A stretch of 64,000 nt of DNA, taken from the IMG/VR virus record IMGVR_UViG_3300025840_003125. One strand, given 5' to 3'. A program made the position numbers and the translations under genes. Position 1 is the first letter of the stretch, and each line of letters begins with the position of its first letter. This DNA is from a virus. Shown one piece after another: positions 56,057-64,000 of this stretch. Below the pieces are notes generated by a model. The model searched no databases, was not told where the DNA came from, and worked only from the letters and a program-made list of their open reading frames with translations.

Positions 56057-56551
56057 ATGACTAAACCTATCATATATTGCGATATGGATGGAGTACTTGC
56101 AGATTTTAAAACAGGTGCTCAAAAAACAACTGGTATGTCCATTAACAAATGGATGAATATACCATCTTCAAAAGAAAAATGGGGATTGATTAAATCTAAA
56201 AAAGACTTTTGGTCAACTCTTCCTTGGATGCCTGGTGGCAAACAACTCTGGTCTTACTTATCAAAATTTGATCCACATATACTATCAGCATACGTAGAAG
56301 AGTCGTTTGATCCTAACTGTATTCCTGGCAAAACTGAATGGCTAAGAAGAAATGCTGGAATGTCAAATCGTTCAAAAATCAATCTAGTACGAAGAAAAGA
56401 AAAGAAACTCTTTGCCAAAAGAGGTAATCCTGCTATCTTAATTGATGACTATGAAAAAAACATAAGAGAATTTACACAAGCAGGTGGTACTGGTATTCAT
56501 CACACAAACACATCAAATACTATATCTAAACTTAAAAAACTAGGTTTTTAA
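56057..56551 (+). CDS. HAD-family 5'(3')-deoxyribonucleotidase-like phosphatase
   Basis: CDMDGVLADF, ILS, K..W, LIDD...N...F...GG.GI motifs. Confidence 0.85.
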   Translation: MTKPIIYCDMDGVLADFKTGAQKTTGMSINKWMNIPSSKEKWGLIKSKKDFWSTLPWMPGGKQLWSYLSKFDPHILSAYVEESFDPNCIPGKTEWLRRNAGMSNRSKINLVRRKEKKLFAKRGNPAILIDDYEKNIREFTQAGGTGIHHTNTSNTISKLKKLGF

Positions 56552-56554
56552 TCT

Positions 56555-56562
56555 TATAAATA
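56555..56562 (+). promoter_or_regulatory. T4-type late promoter
   Basis: TATAAATA upstream of 56602. Confidence 0.8.
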
Positions 56563-56601
56563 GTACTGTTATATAACAATTACTAATTTAAGGAGAGATA
56601 T

Positions 56602-57159
56602 ATGTCTTTATGGGGAAACGATATAAAGCCTAAAAATCTTACAGACGAAGAAAAAAAAGAAGTCTATGCAACCGCTCAAGGTTGGGTAAGAGAAGCAGGC
56701 TCAGTATTATCAGGTAATGATAATCCAAATGCAGATCCAGAAGTATTAGTAGCAATCGGCGGATTAGCTACAAATATGGGTTCAGCAAATATTACTGAAA
56801 TAGAATTTGTAACAACATCAATCGGTGCAGGTGCTGGTGGAAACATTGACGTTAGAGTAAGATTTAACGAAAGAGTTGACATTACAGGAACTCCACAAGT
56901 AACAGTAACTAACGACCAAACAGGTAGTGGTACTGATGCTACATTTACAGCAGATTATAATTCTGGTACAGGATCAAACGAAATTGTATTCAGAGCAACT
57001 TATGCAGCTGCAGATGGTGGTATTGCTGAGAATGATGTATTATCAATTGGATCTAATGCAGTGGCACTTAACGGTGGTACTATTAAAGATGCTGGTACAA
57101 CAACAAACTCTACAATTACAAACGCTGCTCAAACAGGTACATTAACTGTTTCAGCATAA
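56602..57159 (+). CDS. Probable virion structural protein (Ig-like C-terminal region)
   Basis: MSLWG start, V.FNE.V..TGTP, GTGSN.I.F, LNGGTIKD; late promoter. Confidence 0.65.
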   Translation: MSLWGNDIKPKNLTDEEKKEVYATAQGWVREAGSVLSGNDNPNADPEVLVAIGGLATNMGSANITEIEFVTTSIGAGAGGNIDVRVRFNERVDITGTPQVTVTNDQTGSGTDATFTADYNSGTGSNEIVFRATYAAADGGIAENDVLSIGSNAVALNGGTIKDAGTTTNSTITNAAQTGTLTVSA

Positions 57160-57169
57160 TAACAAAATC

Positions 57170-57198
57170 ATATAAGGGTGCTTAAAGTGCCCTTATAT
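57170..57198 (+). terminator. Hairpin after 56602 gene (terminator or processing site)
   Basis: ATATAAGGG-N11-CCCTTATAT. Confidence 0.5.
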
Positions 57199-57270
57199 AT
57201 ACTATATGAACAAATTGATCTAGGCAAATACCTAGAGTAGCATTCCCGAAAGGGTTAACAGGAGAAAAAA

Positions 57271-57729
57271 ATGGCAGACAAAAAAATAACGGCATTGACC
57301 GATTTAGGTGACTCGTTGGCATCAGCTGACTTGTTTCACGTAGTGGATGACCCAGCAGGGACACCAATCAATAAAAAAATATCAGCAGAAAATGTGTTTA
57401 ACAATATACCTTCTTGGTTAGGTTTATCACAAGATTCACAATTAATAACTGCTGACGCTTCATCACAGGTTGCAAACGTAACTTCAGCAATAACTGAAAT
57501 CAACGCTACTTCAGCAACTGGTGCAATATCATTAGCAGATGGTTCTGATGGACAAATTAAGATTTTTATTAATACATCAACAAGTGGTACAAATGACGTA
57601 GTAATTCAACCAACTAACTTGCGTGGGGGTACTACTATTACTTTGAATGCTCAAGGTGAAACAGTTGTATGTATATTTAAAAATTCAAACTGGAATGTAA
57701 TCGGCGGACATGGTTTCGCAATTGCGTAA
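57271..57729 (+). CDS. Probable virion structural protein
   Basis: MADKKITALT start, LADG.DGQIK motif; AGGAG RBS. Confidence 0.65.
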   Translation: MADKKITALTDLGDSLASADLFHVVDDPAGTPINKKISAENVFNNIPSWLGLSQDSQLITADASSQVANVTSAITEINATSATGAISLADGSDGQIKIFINTSTSGTNDVVIQPTNLRGGTTITLNAQGETVVCIFKNSNWNVIGGHGFAIA

Positions 57730-57746
57730 TATATTAGGAGATTATT

Positions 57747-58061
57747 ATGGGAATAACAACACAAACGTTAATGAAAGAGAAATTTGCTCTTCAAAAAACG
57801 TTTAATGAATTGAACAATAGAATAAAGACTATTGAAAAAGATTTATCAGTAATGAAAGCAAATATGAGTGCTGTTCATGGTGCCTTACAACAAGTTGAAA
57901 AACTTATACAATATGATGACAACTATGGTAAAAAAGAAGCAGAGATAATTCATAGTAGAGAAAAAAAAGTGCCACCACTTGAATCAGGCCCAGTTGAAAA
58001 ACCTTCTTTAGATATAAAAACTAAGGAAGAACCTCAACAATTAAATGAGGGTGATAAATGA
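57747..58061 (+). CDS. Hypothetical coiled-coil protein
   Basis: AGGAG RBS; heptad pattern. Confidence 0.6.
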   Translation: MGITTQTLMKEKFALQKTFNELNNRIKTIEKDLSVMKANMSAVHGALQQVEKLIQYDDNYGKKEAEIIHSREKKVPPLESGPVEKPSLDIKTKEEPQQLNEGDK

Positions 58062-58225
58062 AAGAAGATAGGGATAGCTTTATAGAGGATCTTGCTGACA
58101 ATACACCAAATGAAGCTCAGTTTGATAAGTTAAAAGAAGCTGAAGTACATGACGCTGAAGAAGACCTGGTAGCAGGTAAAACTTATAAGAAATTAAAAGA
58201 CGAAGTAAAACGAGGAGAAAAATGA
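58058..58225 (+). CDS. Small acidic hypothetical protein (55 aa)
   Basis: ATGA overlaps at both ends; MKEDRDSFIEDLADN...; not in ORF track. Confidence 0.6.
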   Translation: MKEDRDSFIEDLADNTPNEAQFDKLKEAEVHDAEEDLVAGKTYKKLKDEVKRGEK

Positions 58226-58653
58226 AAACATTTAAACAACACATAAAAGAAGGCGGAACTATGGGCGTTGGAACACCTCATCAATCTTCAGTAGAAGATG
58301 GATCAATGGGTGCTCACAATATACATGAACCTGCAATCTTACAAAGAGTGAATGCTTTTGTTGGATCTATTGCTGATAAAGAGTATATACAGCCTGAGGC
58401 TGCTCTATCTCAATTAGAAACTAGATTAAGAACAATTGGTGTTCAGTTAAAAGACTCAATAACAATTAATGATAAAAAAGGTAACTTTGAAAGTGCTTTA
58501 GTATTTAATGGTGGTCGTTTTGGTAAAGATACCGACGGCTCTGACATAAATGATGATGGAATTAGTCATAAAGTTGGCAAAGAGTTAAAACTAAAAGGTA
58601 GATACGAAACACTAGAGAACGGCGCTGTTAAAGTTTATGCAGAGCTTGGCTAA
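58222..58653 (+). CDS. Hypothetical protein with capsid-targeting-like N-terminus
   Basis: Starts MKTFKQHIKE; GAGGAG RBS. Confidence 0.65.
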   Translation: MKTFKQHIKEGGTMGVGTPHQSSVEDGSMGAHNIHEPAILQRVNAFVGSIADKEYIQPEAALSQLETRLRTIGVQLKDSITINDKKGNFESALVFNGGRFGKDTDGSDINDDGISHKVGKELKLKGRYETLENGAVKVYAELG

Positions 58654-59015
58654 TGTTTGATAAGATAACAAAGAAGAATTGGTTATTTTACGCCATAAAA
58701 AACTACAATGTTCCTAATTTAGATAGTGAACAGGAGTTTTATGAAGATGTGAAAAGATTTAAGTATCTTAAACGTTTATTTCGTAAATACAAAACCACAG
58801 GTGAACTGAAAACTAGATTAGTATTAAATCATATCATAGTATTGACAAATGTTTTTGGTAATGAGGCTGCGGCTACATTATTATTATTTAAGATTGAAAG
58901 AGAGTATTGGTCTGTACTAAAAACTTTCTTACAATATTTAAATGTAGTAAGTGAAGACGAGTTGCCAAATGTGAAAGTAAATAAAACTTTGTTATCAAGT
59001 TTGGAGAAATTATAA
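58653..59015 (+). CDS. Conserved T4-like phage hypothetical protein
   Basis: EFYEDVKRFKYLKRL, RLVLNHII.L.NVFG pattern. Confidence 0.7.
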   Translation: MFDKITKKNWLFYAIKNYNVPNLDSEQEFYEDVKRFKYLKRLFRKYKTTGELKTRLVLNHIIVLTNVFGNEAAATLLLFKIEREYWSVLKTFLQYLNVVSEDELPNVKVNKTLLSSLEKL

Positions 59016-59605
59016 TGGGAAGAGCAATAGATTTATTAATAACTTATAGAGTAATTAAAATGTTAGTTACTCCTTGGAAACAACATGACGCTTATAAGTT
59101 GGGTATAATTGATGACAATGGTAAAGTATTAAGAAAAGCTAAAACTTTGAAATCAGCAAAAGAAAAAGATTCTTATACTATACTACACAGATTTGTATTC
59201 AATTTGAAAAGACTACTAGGGTTATTACCTGGTGGTAAATCAAAGTTTGCCTCATACGCAACTGCTTTGGCACTATTGTTAAAAGAGAATAAAGATATTA
59301 ACGCTGTAGAATTAGAAAGAGGTTTATATAAACATCTTATTGAAAACGACTTGGTCGCTTATGATGATGATCTAAAAGAGTCTGTAGGTTTTGATTTTTT
59401 ACCAGAAGGTAGATTTATAATGATTGACAGATTAGAAGATTTAAATGGCGAACAAACTGCTGATGTAGGTGATGTAGTATATACAACTGAAAATCAGAAA
59501 CCTTTTGATAATCTATTCGGCGTAAACCTATATCATGTTATAAATGAAGATACTAAAAAACAAATTATAGTATCAGAGGACAACATAGAGAGGGTAAAAT
59601 TTTAA
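59015..59605 (+). CDS. Conserved T4-like phage hypothetical protein
   Basis: AYKLGIIDDNG, YT..HR.VFNLKR, SYA.AL.LLKE pattern. Confidence 0.7.
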   Translation: MGRAIDLLITYRVIKMLVTPWKQHDAYKLGIIDDNGKVLRKAKTLKSAKEKDSYTILHRFVFNLKRLLGLLPGGKSKFASYATALALLLKENKDINAVELERGLYKHLIENDLVAYDDDLKESVGFDFLPEGRFIMIDRLEDLNGEQTADVGDVVYTTENQKPFDNLFGVNLYHVINEDTKKQIIVSEDNIERVKF

Positions 59606-60207
59606 TGAAAACCTTTAAAGAAATAAGATCAATTATAAGAGAATTTTCTGATAGTCAAATAGACATGTTGGCAAGACAATATGCAGGACTAAAAGATAAA
59701 ACAATCTCAACAGATCAAGCAAATAAATTAAGAAAAATATTTGACAGAATACCTGATAGAGCGCTAGACGCTTTAAGAAGAAAAAAGATACCTTTTATAT
59801 CTGGTATGGCATTATCACGTATGGTTAAAAAAGGTATGCCTGTAAAAGAAGACGCACCTGCTAATGCAGTAGGCAATGGATCAAATCTTGCAATGCCGCC
59901 AGCAGTAGAACCTGGTGTACACGTAAAGAAAAAGAAAAAAGATGTAACTAGCTTATTAAGACGTGAAGACTATGATAAAGTTGAACTAGAAAATTTAATT
60001 AATAAGATTGAGTCTAACCAAGACATAGAAGAAAATCAAATTAAACCTATAGTAAACAATATCAAATCAAAAAAAGAAAAAGGTACATATACTGAAGAAT
60101 TTGCTATGACAGCATTTAGATATGTTGTAGATAGACAAATAAAATCTACAGTTTCAGAGGATTTTAGAAACAAAGTTGCTTCAAAATTACTATCAAAGTA
60201 CGTATGA
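59605..60207 (+). CDS. Hypothetical protein with capsid-targeting-like N-terminus
   Basis: Starts MKTFKEIRSIIRE; internal VKE|DAPAN. Confidence 0.65.
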   Translation: MKTFKEIRSIIREFSDSQIDMLARQYAGLKDKTISTDQANKLRKIFDRIPDRALDALRRKKIPFISGMALSRMVKKGMPVKEDAPANAVGNGSNLAMPPAVEPGVHVKKKKKDVTSLLRREDYDKVELENLINKIESNQDIEENQIKPIVNNIKSKKEKGTYTEEFAMTAFRYVVDRQIKSTVSEDFRNKVASKLLSKYV

Positions 60208-60419
60208 AAACTTATAAAGAATTAAGAGAGTATATGAGAGGGTTCGCTATAGGACCTGTTGACACATTAAAACCTATGGCATCCTTAGGCGGTTCTCAAT
60301 CTTCTCCAGATAGAAGATACACAGCACAATTGCCTCAATTAGCTGCAACAGCAAAAGGGCCAGGGTTAGGAACAATTAAACCTATGGTCACAGCAAGTAA
60401 AAAGAAAGAGAAGAAATAA
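60204..60419 (+). CDS. Small hypothetical protein with capsid-targeting-like N-terminus
   Basis: Starts MKTYKELRE; ATGA overlap. Confidence 0.6.
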   Translation: MKTYKELREYMRGFAIGPVDTLKPMASLGGSQSSPDRRYTAQLPQLAATAKGPGLGTIKPMVTASKKKEKK

Positions 60420-60420
60420 T

Positions 60421-60999
60421 ATGGAATTATTAATCGCATTAGCAATGAAGTTTTGGCAATGGTCATTATTGATATTATTTGTAATAATAGGTTTTATTAT
60501 AAACTTATTAGATAAAAGAAAAAGTAACATAAAATTTAAATATGAAGAAATGCCTCAACTAAAACCTATACCAATTAAAACAAAAGGTAAAGGATTTTGG
60601 AAAGGTATTGCAATGTGGTTATTATCAACAAGAAATTGGGAACTAACAAAGAACTGGAGATATAATATAAATGGTGCCGAGTATGTAATACCAAAAGGTT
60701 TTCAATTTGATGGTGCAAGTATACCTAAATTTTTAAGAACATTTTTTTCACCAGTTGGCGTATTATTAATTGGTGGTCTCGTACACGATTATATGTACAA
60801 GTACACTGCTTGTAAACCAGCAGATAAATCAGGTTCACTTCTATTAGTTGATCAGAAAAAAGCAGATCAAATCTTTAGAGATATAAACATAGAAGTAAAC
60901 GGTTTCTATTTTATGAACTATCTATCGTATTGGTCATTAAGAATAGGTGGCTTTGTTGCTTGGAATGGTCATAGAAAAAGAAACGAAACAATCAAATAA
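60421..60999 (+). CDS. DUF1353-like protein with N-terminal TM helix
   Basis: IPKGFQFDGASIP, LVHDYMY, AD.IF motifs. Confidence 0.75.
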   Translation: MELLIALAMKFWQWSLLILFVIIGFIINLLDKRKSNIKFKYEEMPQLKPIPIKTKGKGFWKGIAMWLLSTRNWELTKNWRYNINGAEYVIPKGFQFDGASIPKFLRTFFSPVGVLLIGGLVHDYMYKYTACKPADKSGSLLLVDQKKADQIFRDINIEVNGFYFMNYLSYWSLRIGGFVAWNGHRKRNETIK

Positions 61000-61018
61000 C
61001 ATATAAGGAGTAAACTAT

Positions 61019-61177
61019 ATGAAATGGTTAAAAAGTAGAGTAAAAGAAGTATCATCATGGCATGGTGGTGCTTTAGTAGCAATGGGTTGCATTATATTAT
61101 TTGCAGGACCTTTTGCTAAAATGGCTGCATGGGCGTCAATTGCTTGGGGTCTATGGGCGATTTGGAAAAAAGACTAA
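61019..61177 (+). CDS. Small 2-TM protein, holin candidate (52 aa)
   Basis: AAGGAG RBS; MKWLKSRVKEVSSWHGGALVAMGCIILF...WGLWAIWKKD; directly upstream of spanins; not in ORF track. Confidence 0.55.
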   Translation: MKWLKSRVKEVSSWHGGALVAMGCIILFAGPFAKMAAWASIAWGLWAIWKKD

Positions 61178-61183
61178 TCAACC

Positions 61184-61648
61184 ATGGGAATTAGATTATT
61201 TTTTATTGGAATATTCATCAGCGCTTTAATCGGCGCTGGTGGATACATTTTTAAGTTACAGAAAGACAACACTATACTTAAAGCAAATGCAGTTAAACTA
61301 GAGTCTGCTGTATCCGAACAAAAGACACTAATAGAAAATCAAAAGAAAGATTTTGCTGAAATATTAGAAGCAAACAAAAAGATAAACGAATTAGTTGGTA
61401 ATCTCAAAAAAGATTTAGACGATTTAGACAAAAGATTTTCAAAGAAAGATAGAGATATTGGTAAACTGGCCATTGATAGAACAAAGGTCATAGAAAGAAT
61501 TATAAACAAAGGCAGTGATAACGCTACAAGATGTATAGAGATTGCTAGTGGATCACCATTAACTGAAAGTGAAAAGAATGCTACGAAGAAATCAGAAATC
61601 AATCCTGAATGTCCTTCTATTAGTAATCCTAAGTATATTCCTTACTAA
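61184..61648 (+). CDS. Inner-membrane spanin (Rz-like)
   Basis: N-terminal TM, long coiled coil, C-terminal Cys pair; overlapped by a lipoprotein gene. Confidence 0.7.
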   Translation: MGIRLFFIGIFISALIGAGGYIFKLQKDNTILKANAVKLESAVSEQKTLIENQKKDFAEILEANKKINELVGNLKKDLDDLDKRFSKKDRDIGKLAIDRTKVIERIINKGSDNATRCIEIASGSPLTESEKNATKKSEINPECPSISNPKYIPY

Positions 61649-61955
61649 CTGCTCAGGCGTTAAGAAGTTAAGTATATTTAAGGAAGAAGTAAAAAGACAA
61701 GAGCTTCAATTAGAGAAGCCTACACCTTTACAGTTAGAAAAGATTAAATGGATAATCATAACATCTGAAAATGCTGATGAAGTATTTAAGAAGATGGAAG
61801 AACAAGGACTTGATCCTGTGTTATTTGGTCTTACAGATAACGATTATCAATTAATAGCAAAGAACTTTGCTCAAATAAGAAATCAATTAAAGATAACAAA
61901 TGACTTACTTGATAAGTATAAAGAATACTATGAGTCAGATAAGGATAACAAATAA
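61578..61955 (+). CDS. Outer-membrane spanin lipoprotein (Rz1-like); ORF track start 61569
   Basis: Signal peptide with lipobox FLTN-C; overlaps the i-spanin 3' end. Confidence 0.7.
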   Translation: MLRRNQKSILNVLLLVILSIFLTNCSGVKKLSIFKEEVKRQELQLEKPTPLQLEKIKWIIITSENADEVFKKMEEQGLDPVLFGLTDNDYQLIAKNFAQIRNQLKITNDLLDKYKEYYESDKDNK

Positions 61956-62632
61956 TGGCAACAGATACAAAAGCAGGAAGTAAAACTGAAAAAACTAAAA
62001 ATTCAGCTTCAGCAACAACTGGCGCAAGTGCTAGTGCTGATACTTCAAAAAATTTAGGTAAAGGTACAACAGCAAATGCAGGTGCATATTCAGAAGCCGA
62101 AGCAGGTGCAGTTGCAGAAGCAAAAAAAGGAAACGCAAGTGCAAGTGTAGGTGCTCACGCTGAAGTTGGTGCATACTCTAATGTAGAGAATGAAACTAAA
62201 GTTGGTGGTGTCGGAGTTAAATCAGAAGCACATGCAGGTACAAAAGTATATTCAGATGTAGGAGTAGGTGGTTCAATAGGTACTAATGGTGCTGAAGGAC
62301 ACGCAGGTGCTATCGCTGGTTCTTGTGCTGAAGTAGGTGCAAGTACAACAATTGGCTCAGACAGAAACAATGCCTCAGTAGGTGCAAAAGTTTCAGTTGG
62401 TCCTCAGATTGGTGCAAAAGTAGGTGGCGGTGCAACAGTAGATGATGGTAAACTAACCGTAGGTGCAGATGTTAAATTAGCACTTGGTGTTGGTGTTACA
62501 TTACAACCAAGTATTACCGTTGATACAAGACCAGCGGCAAATGCCTGCAAGGCGGCTGGTAACGCAATCGCAGCTCCATTCAAAAAAATAAAAAAACCAT
62601 CAAATCCCTTTAAGAAAAAGAAAAAGAAATAG
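61955..62632 (+). CDS. Gly/Ala/Val-rich hypothetical protein with basic tail
   Basis: Repeated A.A.VGA strands; C-terminal KKPSNPFKKKKKK. Confidence 0.6.
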   Translation: MATDTKAGSKTEKTKNSASATTGASASADTSKNLGKGTTANAGAYSEAEAGAVAEAKKGNASASVGAHAEVGAYSNVENETKVGGVGVKSEAHAGTKVYSDVGVGGSIGTNGAEGHAGAIAGSCAEVGASTTIGSDRNNASVGAKVSVGPQIGAKVGGGATVDDGKLTVGADVKLALGVGVTLQPSITVDTRPAANACKAAGNAIAAPFKKIKKPSNPFKKKKKK

Positions 62633-62899
62633 ATGGCACACAAGATTGACGAAACAACAGAATTAAGAGTATCACTAAAAACATTAGCAGTAATTATTAT
62701 TACTGTTGTTTCAGCAGCCGCATTTGTATTTCATTTAGAAGAAAGACTTGATATATTAGAACACAATACTATGATGAACAAGGTCCAATTTGAATCCTAC
62801 AGAGAACAACCAAGTCGTAGTCACACAGATGTGGAAGTAATGAAAACACAAATTGAACAATTAAAAAAAGAAATTGACGAGTTAAAATCATATAAATAA
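62633..62899 (+). CDS. Single-TM coiled-coil protein
   Basis: LAVIIITVVSAAAFVF segment followed by coil. Confidence 0.6.
   Translation: MAHKIDETTELRVSLKTLAVIIITVVSAAAFVFHLEERLDILEHNTMMNKVQFESYREQPSRSHTDVEVMKTQIEQLKKEIDELKSYK
62891..62898 (+). promoter_or_regulatory. T4-type late promoter
   Basis: TATAAATA upstream of 62915. Confidence 0.7.
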
Positions 62900-62914
62900 T
62901 AATAAAGGAAACAA

Positions 62915-63646
62915 ATGAAAAGACTAATTACAGGTCTTTTATTATGTTTCGTTATGGGACTTACACAAGTTACTTGGGCTGACACGACCTCAACATCAAC
63001 AGATACATTAACACAATCCAATAGTAGTGGTTCAAACACTTCTATTTCAGGTGGTTATTCGGCAGAAACTACAACGACCTACCAATCAGGTTCAAGTAGT
63101 AATAGCACAACTACAAACACTACTAATGCCTATACAGGCGATCAAAGAGTAGTCAATTCATCATCAGCACCATCTATGTCAGCAATGTCGCAAGACCTTT
63201 GTACAGTAGGTATATCAGCAGGTGTATCAACATTTGGTTTAGGTGTATCAGGTGGTACATATAGAACAGACGAGAATTGTGAAAGAATTAAACTATCTAA
63301 AGTATTAAACGATTTAGGTATGAAAGTGGCTGCTGTATCTATTCTGTGTCAGGACGAAAGAGTATTTTATGCTATGGAACAATCTGGAACACCTTGTCCT
63401 TTTGAAGGTAAAATTGGTAACGAAGCAAAAGAACAATGGAAGAAGTATGGTAAATTAAGACCAGACTTTGAACAATACACAGCAAGATTAAGTATTATTG
63501 AAAAGAAAAATAAAGAATTAAAAAAAGAGTACAATGAAAAACTAAAAGCAAATAAAGAGATCATTGAAAAACAACAAAGTGAATTAGAAAAAATTGAAGC
63601 TGAAAAAAAAAAGTTAATCAAAGAGATAGAAAAAAAAAAGAAGTAA
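62915..63646 (+). CDS. Exported Cys-containing protein with signal peptide
   Basis: Signal peptide ending TWA-D; Ser/Thr-rich linker; DLC, DENCERIKL, ILCQD, GTPCP; C-terminal coil. Confidence 0.7.
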   Translation: MKRLITGLLLCFVMGLTQVTWADTTSTSTDTLTQSNSSGSNTSISGGYSAETTTTYQSGSSSNSTTTNTTNAYTGDQRVVNSSSAPSMSAMSQDLCTVGISAGVSTFGLGVSGGTYRTDENCERIKLSKVLNDLGMKVAAVSILCQDERVFYAMEQSGTPCPFEGKIGNEAKEQWKKYGKLRPDFEQYTARLSIIEKKNKELKKEYNEKLKANKEIIEKQQSELEKIEAEKKKLIKEIEKKKK

Positions 63647-63702
63647 ATAAAAAATGGATATTGATACCCTTAACATTATTCTTTGGAGTGCCCTTATAAT
63701 CT

Positions 63703-64000
63703 ATGCGACATACAAAGTATATAATTTTATTCACGGTCTTAATCCTTACGATTTTAGTAACAAGAAGTAGTAACGCAGAAACTACTTGTACTGAAAACGA
63801 GTTAGGTGACCAGACCTGTGTTACAACCACTACTACTAATGTACCTGGTGTAACAACAGACAATCTATTATCTCCTAATTTCCAAGACGGTAGTTGGAAC
63901 TATTCGTCTAATATGACCTTTCACGGTTCAAATACATTAGCAACAACTCACAACTCATCAGCAGATTCAACTGTATCATTAAGCACAGATGGTGGTTTAA
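63703..64000 (+). CDS. Partial (3'-truncated) exported protein
   Basis: MRHTKYIILFTVLILTILVTRSSNA-ETTC...; frame open to the window edge. Confidence 0.6.
   Translation, partial: MRHTKYIILFTVLILTILVTRSSNAETTCTENELGDQTCVTTTTTNVPGVTTDNLLSPNFQDGSWNYSSNMTFHGSNTLATTHNSSADSTVSLSTDGGL

Noticed and set aside
2156-57145. Alternative-frame + strand ORFs at 2156, 14314, 19719 and 56927
   Set aside because: Fully nested in established genes and explained by low-complexity codon usage
63654-63770. 38-aa ORF MDIDTLNIILW...
   Set aside because: No RBS; it overlaps both the -1-frame tail and the 63703 gene
807-63863. All minus-strand ORFs in the ORF track
   Set aside because: They lie antisense to well-supported + strand genes, lack RBSs and recognisable motifs, and look like codon-bias shadows
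1-64000. CRISPR array
   Set aside because: No regularly spaced repeat-spacer series seen; repeats are coding or simple duplications
1-64000. Stop-codon reassignment
   Set aside because: Core genes are intact in the standard code and end in TAA, TAG and TGA

Overview
This window is a 64-kb AT-rich segment of a lytic T4-like marine myovirus, with essentially all genes on the + strand. Gene order and accessory genes (bS21, peptide deformylase, Hsp20, peroxiredoxin, CobS/CobT-like pair) resemble SAR11/Pelagibacter myophages of the HTVC008M type; the host assignment is inference. Layout: tail-fibre-like gene; gp13-gp23 and gp3 virion/packaging module; radical SAM, uvsY, uvsW; gp55-gp47-gp46; a deformylase/hydroxylase/GNAT/methylase block; CobT/CobS-like pair, rpsU, hsp20, peroxiredoxin; gp45-gp44-tRNA(Thr)-gp62-regA-gp43; two more methylases and a split radical SAM; uvsX and gp41; a cluster of nucleotide-handling enzymes; structural genes; a spanin-type lysis block. 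Both host sigma70-type and T4 late (TATAAATA) promoters are visible. The most notable observations are: (1) a glnA-type glutamine riboswitch behind a late promoter, upstream of an unannotated 51-aa basic peptide; (2) a cluster of ligase-like, kinase and nucleotidyltransferase genes whose products begin with T4-style capsid-targeting sequences, including an apparent 929-aa polyprotein, suggesting an enzyme kit packaged in the head and injected; (3) a ROSE-like thermometer on hsp20, an alphaproteobacterial LexA-type box, a perfect antisense promoter, repeated leaderless genes and a candidate -1 frameshift that would add a membrane anchor. All family calls come from motif recognition by eye, not database searches.
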